This document shows, in pieces, positions 38,495 to 50,302 of a stretch of 64,000 nt of DNA. The translations under genes and the position numbers were made by a program. Numbering within the stretch: the stretch's first letter is position 1; every line of letters starts with the position of its first letter. This DNA is from a virus: positions 2,759 to 66,758 of the IMG/VR virus record IMGVR_UViG_3300019888_000005. The stretch is one strand, 5' to 3'. Below the pieces are notes generated by a model. It made no database searches, was not told the DNA's origin, and was given only the letters and a program-made list of their open reading frames with translations.

Positions 38495-38665
38495 ATGAGC
38501 GGATACCCGATCCAAGAATCGCTGGAGCACTTCCACCGCAACGACCCCACTTTTTTCTACGACGGTGATCCCGAGGTAGACGCTGCCGTCGCCGAAGAAG
38601 AGGACTACATCGAGTCCCTGGTTCGTCTCGTCCCGCCCACAGATCACCGCTCCACCAATTCCTGA
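38495..38665 (+). CDS. Small acidic hypothetical protein (56 aa)
   Basis: AAGGAG SD; first gene after the promoter. Confidence 0.6.
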   Translation: MSGYPIQESLEHFHRNDPTFFYDGDPEVDAAVAEEEDYIESLVRLVPPTDHRSTNS

Positions 38666-38680
38666 GGAGGAATCATCATC

Positions 38681-38845
38681 ATGCGAAACACAAAGACTCT
38701 CATTACCGAATACGAGGCTCTCCTTAACGGTGACACTCAATCCCCTCTCGGTGGTCAACGTCTCGATGAGATCGCCGAGATTTTGATCACCAAAGCGGAG
38801 GACGGCGACACCGCTGCTGCTCGCTGGGTCGAGCAGTACGCCTAA
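38681..38845 (+). CDS. Small hypothetical protein (54 aa)
   Basis: GAGGAGG SD. Confidence 0.6.
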   Translation: MRNTKTLITEYEALLNGDTQSPLGGQRLDEIAEILITKAEDGDTAAARWVEQYA

Positions 38846-38892
38846 GCATCCCTGGACCTGGACCATAGAAGGAAGAGAATCGTGATCGAACG

Positions 38893-39207
38893 ATGACATC
38901 ACCCAAGCAAGTCGAGATTCGCCGCAGGAACAGGAAGCGACCGCTCGTGGGCGATGGTGAGCCGATGGTGTCACGTCGTACGTTCCAGTACGGGCAGCAC
39001 GCGGGCACGGTGTTGCGCTGGGAATGGCATGGCGGAGAGTACATCGAGGTCTTCATGGGCGACGCGGACACCCCGTTCGAGGTCGTCAACACGACGGACA
39101 AGGACGGTGTCGTACCGGAGTTCACGGCACGCAACTTCGGCGCGGAGATCAAGGCTGGACCCTCGATGCGAGAACTGATCAGGGTCTACGAGGCAGCGCA
39201 GACATGA
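38893..39207 (+). CDS. Hypothetical protein
   Basis: 104 aa, WHGGEYIEV...EVVN. Confidence 0.6.
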   Translation: MTSPKQVEIRRRNRKRPLVGDGEPMVSRRTFQYGQHAGTVLRWEWHGGEYIEVFMGDADTPFEVVNTTDKDGVVPEFTARNFGAEIKAGPSMRELIRVYEAAQT

Positions 39208-39461
39208 GACCGGGTACCCGAGTCTGGCTTGCGACGGAGTATGCCATCGCGGGGAAAGATGCTACCTCCGGTGTCGTCGTAGACGAACCCGCTATTCCGG
39301 GAGCCGTTGTGGTCGCGGACGACGACGGCCACGATGTCGTCGACTGGTTGCCCGCGACCTCCGATGCCCCGGACGGTGGCATGGTGGCCGTCTGCTGGGG
39401 TCCTGCCGCTGCGGCGTGGGAGTACGAAGAGGACTTGACCGATGGCACGCAACTTCTGTGA
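39204..39461 (+). CDS. SH3-like small protein, paralog A
   Basis: PG.RVW...G.V...APDGGMVAVCW.....WEYEEDL. Confidence 0.6.
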   Translation: MRPGTRVWLATEYAIAGKDATSGVVVDEPAIPGAVVVADDDGHDVVDWLPATSDAPDGGMVAVCWGPAAAAWEYEEDLTDGTQLL

Positions 39462-39465
39462 AACG

Positions 39466-39495
39466 GTAACGTCTTCCAGCTGATCACGATATAAT
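39466..39495 (+). promoter_or_regulatory. GTAAC-N17 promoter copy
   Basis: GTAACG...GATATAAT. Confidence 0.72.
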
Positions 39496-39541
39496 AAATG
39501 TAAGCCACAGCGCTTATGCCCACCCCACGAGGAGGATTCAG

Positions 39542-39745
39542 ATGTCAGATATAAAATTCCCACAGGTCCACGTCCAATTGACCGGTAACGACGGCAATGC
39601 GTTCATGGTGATGGGCCTGGTGATCAAGGAGATGCGTCGCGCGGGGTTGCCTCGTGAGGACATCGACGCCTACCAGAACGAAGCGATGTCTGGCGACTAC
39701 AATCACTTGCTGGTTACGACGATGAAGACCGTGGACGTGTTGTGA
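39542..39745 (+). CDS. Conserved small phage protein
   Basis: L.G.DGNAF...G......AG...........SGDY.HLL; GGAGG SD. Confidence 0.7.
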   Translation: MSDIKFPQVHVQLTGNDGNAFMVMGLVIKEMRRAGLPREDIDAYQNEAMSGDYNHLLVTTMKTVDVL

Positions 39746-40013
39746 TGCTGAGCAGAACGCTTCCTGCCGACTTTCGCTGGTACACCATCGGCAACACGTT
39801 GGTCTGCTACGACCTCTACGACTCTTTTCAGTACGGCAACAGTGGTGCCTATCGCGCTTCGGTTCATGCCGAGGTGTTGGGCGACAACAGGATTCACTAT
39901 CGCTACGACGTCCACAACAGGGGCGGCAGCGTCTGTTCCGGCGTCGCTGACAGTCTGATCGACGCCCAGGAATCGGCTCTGATCGTGCTGAACGACAAGA
40001 TGGGGCGCACGAG

Positions 40014-40364
40014 GTGACACGCTCTATCACTACATTGCGTCCCAGCATGATCACAGGGCGATGGCATACCTGGGACGACAGGTTCTATGCCAGTCAGGAT
40101 CTGTTCGCCGAGCTGCGGGTGTACCAGGAGCCTCCGTATGGGGATCGCGAGGCATTTCGGTTGCGGTGCAACAGTATCGAGGACTGCCAGGTTGCCATCA
40201 ATCAGATTGTTCATGCCGAGGATTACGGGCGCACGGACGATCCCGAGGTCGAGATCACGCTCGCGTGGGCATGGGAGCAAGGTTTCTCTCACGGTGTGAG
40301 ATCCCATCGCGACGGTGTGCACTTCGCCCACGCACGTAGGGCCAATCCCTACCAGGAGGTGTGA
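40014..40364 (+). CDS. Hypothetical protein with WxxGFxxG...NPY module
   Basis: AWEQGFSHG...ANPY. Confidence 0.55.
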   Translation: MTRSITTLRPSMITGRWHTWDDRFYASQDLFAELRVYQEPPYGDREAFRLRCNSIEDCQVAINQIVHAEDYGRTDDPEVEITLAWAWEQGFSHGVRSHRDGVHFAHARRANPYQEV

Positions 40365-40702
40365 TGGGAAGGGAGTCGTGAGTCTGTGGGACGAGAACGT
40401 ACGGCAGCTGAGCCTGACCGAGCTGGACAGCCTGCGCGAGGCACTCTCGAAAAAATATGCCGAGGTCAACACTGAAATGGACAGGCGACTGCGGACAATG
40501 CACGAAGGCGATTGGAAACGATGATTGATGGCTACCAAATTCGAAGTGATAGAGCGCCTTGTAATCACCATTGGCGAGGCTTTAGGCAAACAGACCAAGG
40601 CGCTTGAGCGCATAGCTGATGCTGTAGAGGCATTGGCTGCGAAGAAAGATCAACCGTCCGACCAAGGGGTAGGGGCAAATGATCGCGATCGGAGGGCATC
40701 TC

Positions 40703-41056
40703 ATGAGTGACGCGGTATGTCCGGTCAAGGGATGCGAAGCCCTGGCCACGACCGAGAAGGGAATCGCCGAGCACATCGTCCGGGTCCACCCAGAAGATCA
40801 GAAGTACGAGCAGATCGCTCGCCTGTTCCTGGAGGACTATGCGGCACAGGAGGCCAAGGGGCTCAGCTACAACCCCCATCTCGGGTGGTACGACGCTGCG
40901 GCACGCATTGCCGAGGCGAAGGCCAAGGAGGACGAACGGTTGCGCCCGATTCGGGAGGCAGCGTGGAACGAGGGTGCTCGTCGGGGAGCGGACCTCCAGC
41001 GTAGGGGAATGATGCTGTTGCCCGTACACAATCCCTATCGGAAGGTCAGCGCGTGA
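40703..41056 (+). CDS. C2H2 Zn-finger protein with WxxG...NPY module
   Basis: CPVKGC...HIVRVH; AWNEGARRG...HNPY. Confidence 0.6.
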   Translation: MSDAVCPVKGCEALATTEKGIAEHIVRVHPEDQKYEQIARLFLEDYAAQEAKGLSYNPHLGWYDAAARIAEAKAKEDERLRPIREAAWNEGARRGADLQRRGMMLLPVHNPYRKVSA

Positions 41057-41310
41057 ACGACATCGTGCCCGGAATACAGGTGTGGTGGAAAGAGCATGTC
41101 GACGACCCGAGCATCCCGTTGCACGAGCGCACGGCGGGGACCGTCCTGTCTCCGGGAGTGATGGCGTTCGCGGGGTACGCACAGAACGAGAGCGGACGGG
41201 ATGTTCCAGTGATCTCCACCGAGGCACCGGACGAAGGGATGGTCGTGGTGCAGTGGATGGGCGGGGATCGGACGTGGGAGTACGAGGAGGAATTGGTGAA
41301 GGTGACGTGA
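41053..41310 (+). CDS. SH3-like small protein, paralog B
   Basis: PG.QVW...G.V...APDEGMVVVQW.....WEYEEEL. Confidence 0.6.
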   Translation: MNDIVPGIQVWWKEHVDDPSIPLHERTAGTVLSPGVMAFAGYAQNESGRDVPVISTEAPDEGMVVVQWMGGDRTWEYEEELVKVT

Positions 41311-41470
41311 GGCCCTGGGACCCGGTTGAGATTTTTTATGTCCTGGCGGCACTTTTCGGTGTGGCGTTGGTTGTCTTCTGGATCGTTCAGATCGTGTGGT
41401 TCGCCGTCGTGTTTTTCGAGGAGGTCCGCGCAGAAGAGGTTATCGTTACACCCAAGGCTGAGGAGCTGTC

Positions 41471-41851
41471 ATGACGACGACCGACACGACCAACGACCCG
41501 AGCGAGTTCCGCGTGATCGGTGGGTGCGTGTTTTGCGACATCATCGCCGATCACAAGTACGAGCGCCGCATGGGATCGGTGGTGATGTTCACTCCGTTGA
41601 ACCCAGTTGTGTTGGGCCACAAGCTCTTCGTGCCTGTCCACCATGCTGGCAATGCGTCCGATCATCCGTGGGGCGCAGCAGATGCAGTCTATGAGGCGGC
41701 AGCCTATGTCCGCGACAACGCGCTCCAGGCCAACATCATCACCAGCATCGGTGGGGCCGCCACGCAGACGGTTTTTCACACTCATATACACCTGGTTCCT
41801 CGCGTCGATGGAGATGGCTTACATCTCCCTTGGACAGGACAGGAACACTGA
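41471..41851 (+). CDS. HIT-family nucleotide hydrolase
   Basis: CVFCDI, PLNPVVLGH.L.VP..H, QTVFHTHIHLVPR. Confidence 0.9.
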   Translation: MTTTDTTNDPSEFRVIGGCVFCDIIADHKYERRMGSVVMFTPLNPVVLGHKLFVPVHHAGNASDHPWGAADAVYEAAAYVRDNALQANIITSIGGAATQTVFHTHIHLVPRVDGDGLHLPWTGQEH

Positions 41852-42236
41852 ATGACGTTCGTAGAGATGCTGTTTGCGATCATGACCACGCCTGCGCGTC
41901 CACACATGTTCGATCTGTGGCTGACGTTCTTCGTTCCCGAGACGGGAATCGGGAGTATCCGGTTCGTAGAGACGATGTCCGGCGATTATGTTCCCCCGGC
42001 TCCGAGATGAGTGAGAAGTGGGAAGAGTCTCCGTGGGTCGCGCGTATTGCGCGCGCTGATGTGCCGTGCTCCTCGAAGAACGTCGGTGACGGCAGCGCGT
42101 GCACTCTCTTGGCGAGATATCACTACGAGGGACGTCTGGGTGGGTTCGATGTGTGCGGGCGACACCTGATCACCGACTACGTGCACGCCTTCGAGGGTCA
42201 TGCCATCCAGGAATTCTTCAAGAGGGGAAGCAGACG

Positions 42237-43046
42237 ATGACGGACACTGCTACGACCACAGTCTTGGCTTATCGCGGTACTGGAGAGGTGCTGGGGCAAG
42301 GGATGCTGGCAGACTTCGCCACGTACCTCTCCCCGAGCTTCCAGGTCGTCCACGTGGACTTTCCGGCCACGCTGGGCCCAGTGGGCCGAGGTATCCAGAT
42401 TCAGGGCGTAGCGCTCGACACAGCCGTGCGTATCGGGGCGAGCAATGGGCTTGCCTTGGCCCAGAAGTACTCTCCGGGGAAGATCGCCTTGCTGGGGTAC
42501 TCCTTGGGTGCGCTGGTGGTGGATCAGATACTGACGGAGCTGACGTCCTCGACCGTACGAGGGGACTTGGATGTCATGTGGGCGCTCAACATCGCCAACC
42601 CCGGACGTCGGGCAGGGGAGAGTCTGGGCGACGTTTGCGGAGCGGTGAACTTCGGGCTCCACGGACAGCGGGTGGGGGGACCAGCAGACATCCCCGTCAT
42701 CGAGCTGGCCAATCCCCACGACATGATCACCAACTGCGATCCGTTGTCTCCGATACGCAGGATCAGTGATGCCATCTCGCCGTTCTCTTTGGCGGCGGTG
42801 GAGGGCATCAAGTTCGGCGACGTCACTCATCAGCTCAAATACAGACGGGGTCAGGAGGCGCTGTGGCAGTTCTGGAATCCGGCGTTCTGGGCACGGTACA
42901 GGCAGGCCGAGAAGGACGTGATGGGCTACATTCGGACTCCGCCAACCGAGCACGGTATCTACATGGCTGCTGGGCATCACTTCCCCGGAACGCAGGAGAC
43001 GTGGAACGAGCACGGTGCGAAGTACATCAACGACCTGTGGGGCTAA
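42237..43046 (+). CDS. Cutinase/LysB-like serine hydrolase
   Basis: RGTGE, GYSLG nucleophile elbow, IANPGR, DMITNC, C-terminal His. Confidence 0.78.
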   Translation: MTDTATTTVLAYRGTGEVLGQGMLADFATYLSPSFQVVHVDFPATLGPVGRGIQIQGVALDTAVRIGASNGLALAQKYSPGKIALLGYSLGALVVDQILTELTSSTVRGDLDVMWALNIANPGRRAGESLGDVCGAVNFGLHGQRVGGPADIPVIELANPHDMITNCDPLSPIRRISDAISPFSLAAVEGIKFGDVTHQLKYRRGQEALWQFWNPAFWARYRQAEKDVMGYIRTPPTEHGIYMAAGHHFPGTQETWNEHGAKYINDLWG

Positions 43047-43227
43047 CGTCTAGTTAATTCGAGCGCTATTTATTGGCTAATGGAGGCCATGATGCTGGAC
43101 AAGGTGGGGTGTCGCACGGTGCACGTCGAGGGGGTTGCGGTGCGTTTGCGGGGACGGGGCAAGCCCACCACCGCAGACATGGACGCCGTCAACGAATTCG
43201 TCAGGCAACTGAAGGAGAGGCAAGCTG

Positions 43228-43701
43228 GTGAGCGACAGAGTGACGCAGGAAAGCAAGGACCAGGCAGCAGCGGCAGGGCTGGACGTGCAACCCGATCCCA
43301 TACCCAACGGCGGTCCTAGCGCGCATGATCTGGTGAAGGCCGATCTCGCGCACCGTCTCCAACGCGGCATCGACACCGTGATGGAGGATCAGACCAAGCG
43401 CAAGCAGTATGGCCTCGACAAATATAATTCTTTGCTACAGCCGTTCAACGGACGCGACCAGCTTCAGGACGCCTACGAGGAAGCGCTCGACCTCTGTGTC
43501 TACTTGAGGATGGCTATCGAGGAACGCGACCTGAATCTCGCGCAGGGTCTCGAAGACGAGCGTCACTTTCTGCGGGGTTACGAGGTAGGCATTCGCGACG
43601 AGAAGCGGCGACACGAACGGGAGGACGAGCGGGAGAAGATCGACATCTTTCAGGAGGGATACAACAAAGGAGCACTCGACGAACGAGATCGTCTCTCCTG
43701 A
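43228..43701 (+). CDS. MazG-like all-alpha NTP pyrophosphatase-related protein
   Basis: R...GL.KY...L...NGRD.LQDAYEEALDL.VYL. Confidence 0.5.
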   Translation: MSDRVTQESKDQAAAAGLDVQPDPIPNGGPSAHDLVKADLAHRLQRGIDTVMEDQTKRKQYGLDKYNSLLQPFNGRDQLQDAYEEALDLCVYLRMAIEERDLNLAQGLEDERHFLRGYEVGIRDEKRRHEREDEREKIDIFQEGYNKGALDERDRLS

Positions 43702-45195
43702 TGGGACAGCATCCACAGTCCCGTTTGTCGTATCGGGCGAGAGGGTGGGCAGCGCGGTTGGATTCCACTCCTCATCCGCAATTGGAGAACCGCGAGTACG
43801 AGACGTTGGTGAAGCTGTTGGAGTCCTTGGCCTCTCGGGTCGACGAACTGAATGCGCAGAACCGACGACTGAAGGAACGGATATGGAGTGACCAATGACC
43901 CTGAACGAGTTTCTCGACGCGCTTCGGGATGCGGGACCGGAGCGGTGTGATTGGAATGTCATTTTCGACGGAGAGCCGGTGCTCGGAGTCGGAGACAACG
44001 GCAAGGGCCAAATCGAGATCACTAGTGCCAGCCATCCTCCGAGTGAACCCTGATGACCTACGATGTCGTCCGCAATAGCGCTGGAGAGGTAATGGCGCGG
44101 CTCTATCACGATCATGATCCCGAGCAGGACTATCACCAGTGGGTGCCGCTTGGTCTCAATAACGTGATGATCAAGTGCAATCGTATCGGTGTTCCCAATC
44201 CACGTATGTGGGAAGCGAATTGGATAGCGATGATGTGCAACAACCTACAATGCAACGCGCAGATGGTGATCAATCAGGAGGCATCTGCGAAACATTTCGC
44301 GCAGCTGATGACGGGGGCGGCACTCCATGAGTGATTACTTCGGCGGTACGACGGGTGCAGACGGCTCGAACACCTACGAGGACGGCGAATGCAAGCACGG
44401 CATGACCAAGGCGTATTGCGCCGACTGCCGAGGTCTCTCGCTTTCGACAGAGCCGGACTGGAGTGCGGAATATAGATTCGCAGCCAAGTTTGACAGCTCG
44501 TGTGCTCGCTGCGAGGGTGATATCGAGGTGGGCGATCCGGTCGCCAAGGTCGATGGTTTCGAACTCTACATTCACGAAAGCTGCGTCAAGCCAGTCACGC
44601 GTCGAGGGAGTGTCGGGTTGCGATGAACGTCACCAAGCTCAGCGGCTATATGGCCTTCACTCTGTTGATTGGAGCGGCGAACGCCGATGCTGATGATTAC
44701 CAGCGCAATCGACTTCGTGCGGAGCTGTTACCGCTGCTGGAGGACACCAAGCACTGGAACGGTCCCGCTATTTTGCAGACCTTCCACGACATTATGGGCC
44801 CGAGCTGGAAACCCAAGGGCGAGTGGGCTTCTGCCATCGAGAATTTCACGGAGAATTGATGCCGGACAGCGTTGATCATCGCGTCGAGATGTACCAGCTT
44901 GCCAGGGAGCGCCGCAAGGCCGGGAAGCCGGTGTGGTCGGAAACGGTGAAGGTGGGAGACATCTTCCACAACCCCGAGCTGAGCTTCGAGCAGCAGCGGG
45001 ATCAGGTGTGCTTCCGCTTCCGGCAGAGTCGTTGGATGCGGCGTGCCCCGGAGTGCGAACCGATCCACGAGTACATCGACGAGTTGGGCGACACCGAGGA
45101 CCAGCAGGAGTTCAACGAGGTCTTCCAGTCGGTCTACGACGAGGCGGACTACGCCAGAATTTGGATTGATCACATCAGTGCCTGAGGAGGCTTCT

Positions 45196-45777
45196 GTGTT
45201 CGACGAGGACGACTATCTGGATACCACCCCTCGCGCTCGTTCCGGTGACCCGGAGACCAGTCGTGTCGCCGCAGCTTCGGTCGACGAGCACAGCCAGCGC
45301 ACGCTCCAACGGGCTGTGCTGCGCATTCTGCGTGAGTACGGGCCGCTCACCGATAACGACATCGCGCTGGCTCACAAACAGACCAGTGTGGTGCCGTTCT
45401 CTCTCTCGGGGCTTCGTACGCGCCGCCACGAGTTGGTCGTTCGAGGTCTGGTGCACGACAGCGGGCGGCGAGAGGTGCTGGAGTCCGGGCGCAGGGCCGT
45501 TGTGTGGGAGGCTGTGGGCGTATCTGCGCCTGTCCGGACGTTGGGGCCGGAGACCACGGAATCGGAGCTGGAGCGGCTACGTCGACAGCACGAGTTGTAC
45601 ATGGCATTGTTCAGCGACGTGCTCGATGCCGTCGACCGGAAGGCGTCCACTAATTCACCGTTCGTTCCTGGCGTGCGGCAGGCTCCTTTCGATACCGATT
45701 TCGCCCGAGGGGTGTTCGACGTCGTGGGTGTCATACGGCACGTTCTGGATGAGCACGGAGCACTCGACTATGAATGA
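45196..45777 (+). CDS. Winged-helix DNA-binding protein
   Basis: AR..DPETS..AA, GPLTD, SGLRTRRHEL...GLV.DSG; GAGGAGG SD. Confidence 0.7.
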   Translation: MFDEDDYLDTTPRARSGDPETSRVAAASVDEHSQRTLQRAVLRILREYGPLTDNDIALAHKQTSVVPFSLSGLRTRRHELVVRGLVHDSGRREVLESGRRAVVWEAVGVSAPVRTLGPETTESELERLRRQHELYMALFSDVLDAVDRKASTNSPFVPGVRQAPFDTDFARGVFDVVGVIRHVLDEHGALDYE

Positions 45778-46135
45778 GCCCGATGGTGTGGCGTGGTTCG
45801 CCGCAGAGGGTGTGACGTGGTGGGCTCCCGAGACTGTGATCCGCTGTACGCAGACCGGGGACGAGAACGGTTGGCTCGACGAGCTGTCCAAGCTTTGGAG
45901 TGTGCACCGCGACTCCATGAGTGCGCTGCTCAACGACATCAATTGTCGTGGCATCACGACGCCGGTCCAGATCGCCATCGAGGGGAACAAGCGTCGTGTG
46001 GTGGACGGGCACCACCGGATTGCGGTGTGCTTGGCTCTCCAGTTGTCCATCCCGGTGGAATTTGTGCGATGGAGCAACGAAGACGAGGTAATCTCGTGGA
46101 CGGCAGCCCTCTCCGACCCGCTCACCGAGGAGTGA
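45770..46135 (+). CDS. ParB/Srx-like domain protein
   Basis: L..DI..RGITTPV.....VVDGHHR. Confidence 0.7.
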   Translation: MNEPDGVAWFAAEGVTWWAPETVIRCTQTGDENGWLDELSKLWSVHRDSMSALLNDINCRGITTPVQIAIEGNKRRVVDGHHRIAVCLALQLSIPVEFVRWSNEDEVISWTAALSDPLTEE

Positions 46136-46137
46136 CG

Positions 46138-46434
46138 ATGGAATCTCCGATGTGCCCTACGCCGTTGATCGACCTCAGTGTGCGCGTCTACTCCAGTACC
46201 GATCCGTGCGTGATGTGCAACGTGACCAAGTCCCAATTGGACAGGGCGGGAATACCTTTCACCGAATTGATCGCCGCCGAGCATCCCGAGATCATCGAGG
46301 AGGTGGTGGCGCTGGAGCTGCCACGCCAGCTTCCGGTGGTCAAGGTGGTCAATCCACACGGCGAGGACATGCTGTGGACGGGGCTGAGCCGGGAGAACAT
46401 TGTGGCGCTCAAGTTCCTGTTCTCCGAAACGTAA
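46138..46434 (+). CDS. NrdH-like glutaredoxin
   Basis: VYS....CVMC..TK..L...GIPF, QLPVV, W.G. Confidence 0.85.
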   Translation: MESPMCPTPLIDLSVRVYSSTDPCVMCNVTKSQLDRAGIPFTELIAAEHPEIIEEVVALELPRQLPVVKVVNPHGEDMLWTGLSRENIVALKFLFSET

Positions 46435-46460
46435 CGTTTCCGCCCGGTGTCAGTATATTA
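46431..46460 (+). promoter_or_regulatory. GTAAC-N17 promoter copy
   Basis: GTAACG...GTATATTA. Confidence 0.7.
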
Positions 46461-47568
46461 TTTGTAGAGGCACACAACCTCAATAGATCCCCACGACGGA
46501 GAGGTAAGACGATGTCACAACACCCGGACCCGATAGAGGTCTTTCGGAGTGCGCAACGTGCCCAAGCTGCCGTCGATGCGATGGGAATGGGACCTCAACC
46601 CTCTTTCGCCGCTCAGGCCCTGGAGCGTATGACCCACCGTCTGTGCGAGATGATCGACATTCTTACCGAGCACGAGTCGTTCGAGAGCGATTCCGTCGAT
46701 GCGCGGCTGCCGGAAGGTAGTTGGCTCGAACTCAAGTACGCACTGCGCAACATCTTGAACGACAAGGAGATTCGGGCATGAACGAACAGTCGATGTCGGT
46801 GGTCGAGCTTCAGAGACTGGTACAGAAGCTGGAGGAAGCAATCTACGATACCGATGTGGAGCTGAGCGTCAATCAACTTTCCGATGTCGACACTGCACAG
46901 TTCCGCAGTCTGCCCAATCAGCTCTGGCTCTCGCTGAACAGCGGCGACCTCATGACAGCGATTCTGGATGCTGAGGAACTCAAGAACAAGGCGGAACGGT
47001 TCGCCTACGTAGTGGACAACCAGGATGTCGTCAAGAAGGCCAATCATCTGTTCAACGAAATTATGTTCGCCTCCGAGAAGGTGAGCTGAGAGGGAATGGT
47101 TGTGCAACGCAAGACCCAGAGGGGGAAACGCCTGGTGGCGTACGTCGCACCCACCGGAACCGTGTACCACCGCGATCCCGAGTGCGCGCACGCCAAGACG
47201 GGCTATTACATCACCACGGCATCGGTAGAGGTGAAGCTGACCAGGTTCGACCTGTTCTTCATTCGAGCAAGTCTGATGGCGTGCAAGGCCTGCGCGAGAA
47301 GGACGGTGGGGGCGTGATCTTCCGTGTGACGTTCGGGCAGCAGTACAGCTATCAGCTCCATCCGACCTACGAAGCAGCTCACCCGGACGGGTGGCTGGAG
47401 ATCGTGGCCGACAGCGAGTCCCAGGCGCGGGCAGCGACACAGGTGCTGCTCAAGCAGCATTACTCGATGCTCTACGACGAGCGGGAGTGGAAGAAGGAAT
47501 GGGAGGACAAGCATTTCCCGGCAGGCTGCATCGAGCGTTTCGATGCCGCTACTGTGCTGGGCACCACG

Positions 47569-47599
47569 GTAACAACAGTGCCACTAAAAAATATATAGT
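47569..47599 (+). promoter_or_regulatory. GTAAC-N17 promoter copy
   Basis: GTAACA...ATATATAGT. Confidence 0.6.
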
Positions 47600-50302
47600 T
47601 AACGTAAGACCACGACGATTACCCCACGAGAAACCCCCACGGAGGAGATCCATCCCATGAGCACATCTGTACGTAGTACCAGAACCATTGCGCCCATTGT
47701 GCCCATCGTTCCGAACGACACGTTCGTATTGCCCTTCAAGTGCCGTATTGCCTGGCACGCCTGGTCGAAGTGGGCGGAGATCGAAATCTATTTGATAAGT
47801 ATGAAGACAGGTCATCGCACCGAAGAGACCATCGACCGGCAGGAGCGAGTCTGCCTCAGGTGCGACAAACGTCAGCGCACCGGATTTCGGGCGGACGGAC
47901 GATGAGCCCCCAGAAGAAGAAGGTCGTTGCCGGAGAAGACATCAGGCCTGTCGTGCAGGGCATGTCTCGACCACACGCGGAGTGTCGCTCCTGGCGACAT
48001 GCGTGGACCGGGGACAACGTCACGTCGGTACGGCGTAACGTGTTTCTCGTCGAGTTGAAGTGCCTACGGTGCGACGTCAAACGTCATCAGGAGATCAACA
48101 GCAGGACCGGCGTGGTGTTGGAGCGATGGCGACACAATTACCACGATGCGAACTACCTTCTCAAGGGCCAGGGCAAACTCACCGACGCGGAAAAGGGGTT
48201 CATCCGCCTACGCTCAATTGGGGCGACATGATTTTTTATCAAGGAGTAGGTGAGTTCGATGAAGGTTACTGCACACATAACGGTCGACGTGGATACGGAC
48301 AGATGGTCAAATCTGGTCGACTCCGAGGGTCAGGTGGCGTCGGAGGTTCGTAAGGATATCCAGCGCGATATGCGCAAGATCGTCCTGGATGACTATCGCA
48401 AGAGCGGCCTGCTGTTGCACGAGCCACCCGAGACCGAGGACGTCCTGCCAGAGGTGGCGGGGACGGGGTGACTTATGTCGTGTTCGTCGTAGGAAACGAG
48501 GACCTTACCGAGGGTAGGGGCCCGGAGGTTGTTCACTCGGCGCACGTCGTGCGCACCAAGGACGACTGGCAGGACTATGTCGAGGAGGCTCGTCGTTCCA
48601 GTGCGCAGGGCACACCGGGCAGTGTCTACTTGATCAGTTCTCGTGATCTGCTCTACGGGCCGTGCAACAGCGAATCTCGTTGTCCCCACAGGGCCGAATG
48701 CGTATGGAGTGCTGGTAAGTACATCAATCGTGAGGACGATCCTGATTACCAAGAATATCTTCGACTCAAGAATCGCTTCGAGATTTTCGATTGAGCAGGA
48801 TCGTCTTGCTCGAATGAGTAGAAAGACCGTCGTTCGCATCTGTGCCCTGTTCTTCCTGTCCGCGATGACGGGCGTGATCGCGGGGTGTCTGCTCTACGAC
48901 CACTACCACCCACCACGGCCTCGTGATTACGTCGTCACGGTGATCCCCAACGAATCTGGACTACACGTGAGGACGTGAGATGACTGTCGAGGAATTTGCT
49001 GCGCTGCTGGGCAAGAACGGCTCGTTCACACTGATGATGTCGCTGTTCGACGAAGGGACGGTAGTCAGTGATAACACCTGGACTTTGGCATACGAGACGA
49101 ACGACGACAGTCGTACCCACGACGTCTACATCAACGAATCTCCCACGCTGGCTGAAGCATTGACTGCGCTCGCTCTTCGATTGGAGAACCGATGACGAAC
49201 GTCACGACCGGAACCGAACGCATCTTGCGACACCACATGAGTGTTCCGACACCGTGCGTCGTAGGCGACCTCGAACAGCTCATCGGTATGTTTTCGACGC
49301 AGGGTCCGCAGTCCGACTACATGGACCGTGCCAACGTTATCGCCGACGACACGGCGGTGCACATCACCTGGGATGAAGTGCTCGACAAGGACTGGCAGAG
49401 CCCGTTGGACAGATTCCAGGTATGGCTCCGAGACAATGCGCTCGGCGCGCCGGACGACATCGCTTTCGTCCTTCAGAAGATCGAGCAGTTCAAGGCACAG
49501 AGGAGATGAGAATCGCGGTCGAGTTCTCGGAAGAGATATTCGGTGACATAAAGATTTCCGGTAGGTATCCCGACTACGCCAAGACCGGAATGGATTGGCT
49601 GAAGGTCTCCATCACGGTACGCCAGGAATCCTCGGACGAGACGGACACCTTCTACGTCAGTTGCGTATGGGGCTTCGCCTACAAGGGCAACGGAATGTGG
49701 AGCTACGGCATACCGGACCTCGATGCCGTGAGTGTGTGTTATCGCGCCTACGACGAGGAGTCCACGGTGACCGAACACCACGTGGCGCTCTCGGTGTATC
49801 ACGCGGTGGTGGCGTTCTACAATCCGTTCTGGGGCTCCGGTGTCCCGGAGCAGGGTTTCGATCCACCTTCGGTCGACCGTCTCAACTCTGCGCGCAAGGT
49901 CGCGCTCGTGGAGGAGATGGGCAGGGTCAACCAGGAGACGGCCAAGCTGGCGAAGGCGATGGACGCGTGAACATCTACGCTCTCACACCTCACGGCCCAC
50001 GCGGGTGGGACGAGTTCATCGGGTTCGTGGTGGTGGCACAGTCTTCTGGCACGGCACGGCGGTTGGCGGGGAGCACAGCCAAGCCGTTCGACCCGCACGT
50101 CGAGGAAGATCACTTCATGGCTAACGTTCATGGAGCTGAACGCGCCTTCTGGAACGACCCCGAGACCACGCTCTGTCGGAAGGTGGGTGTCTACACCGGC
50201 ACGTGCACCACGGCGCACGTCGTACTGACCAGTTATCATTCCGGGTAAAGATCAAGCAGCACAACACAATCCGACCAAGAAGAAACACGAGGGAGCAGTC
50301 AT

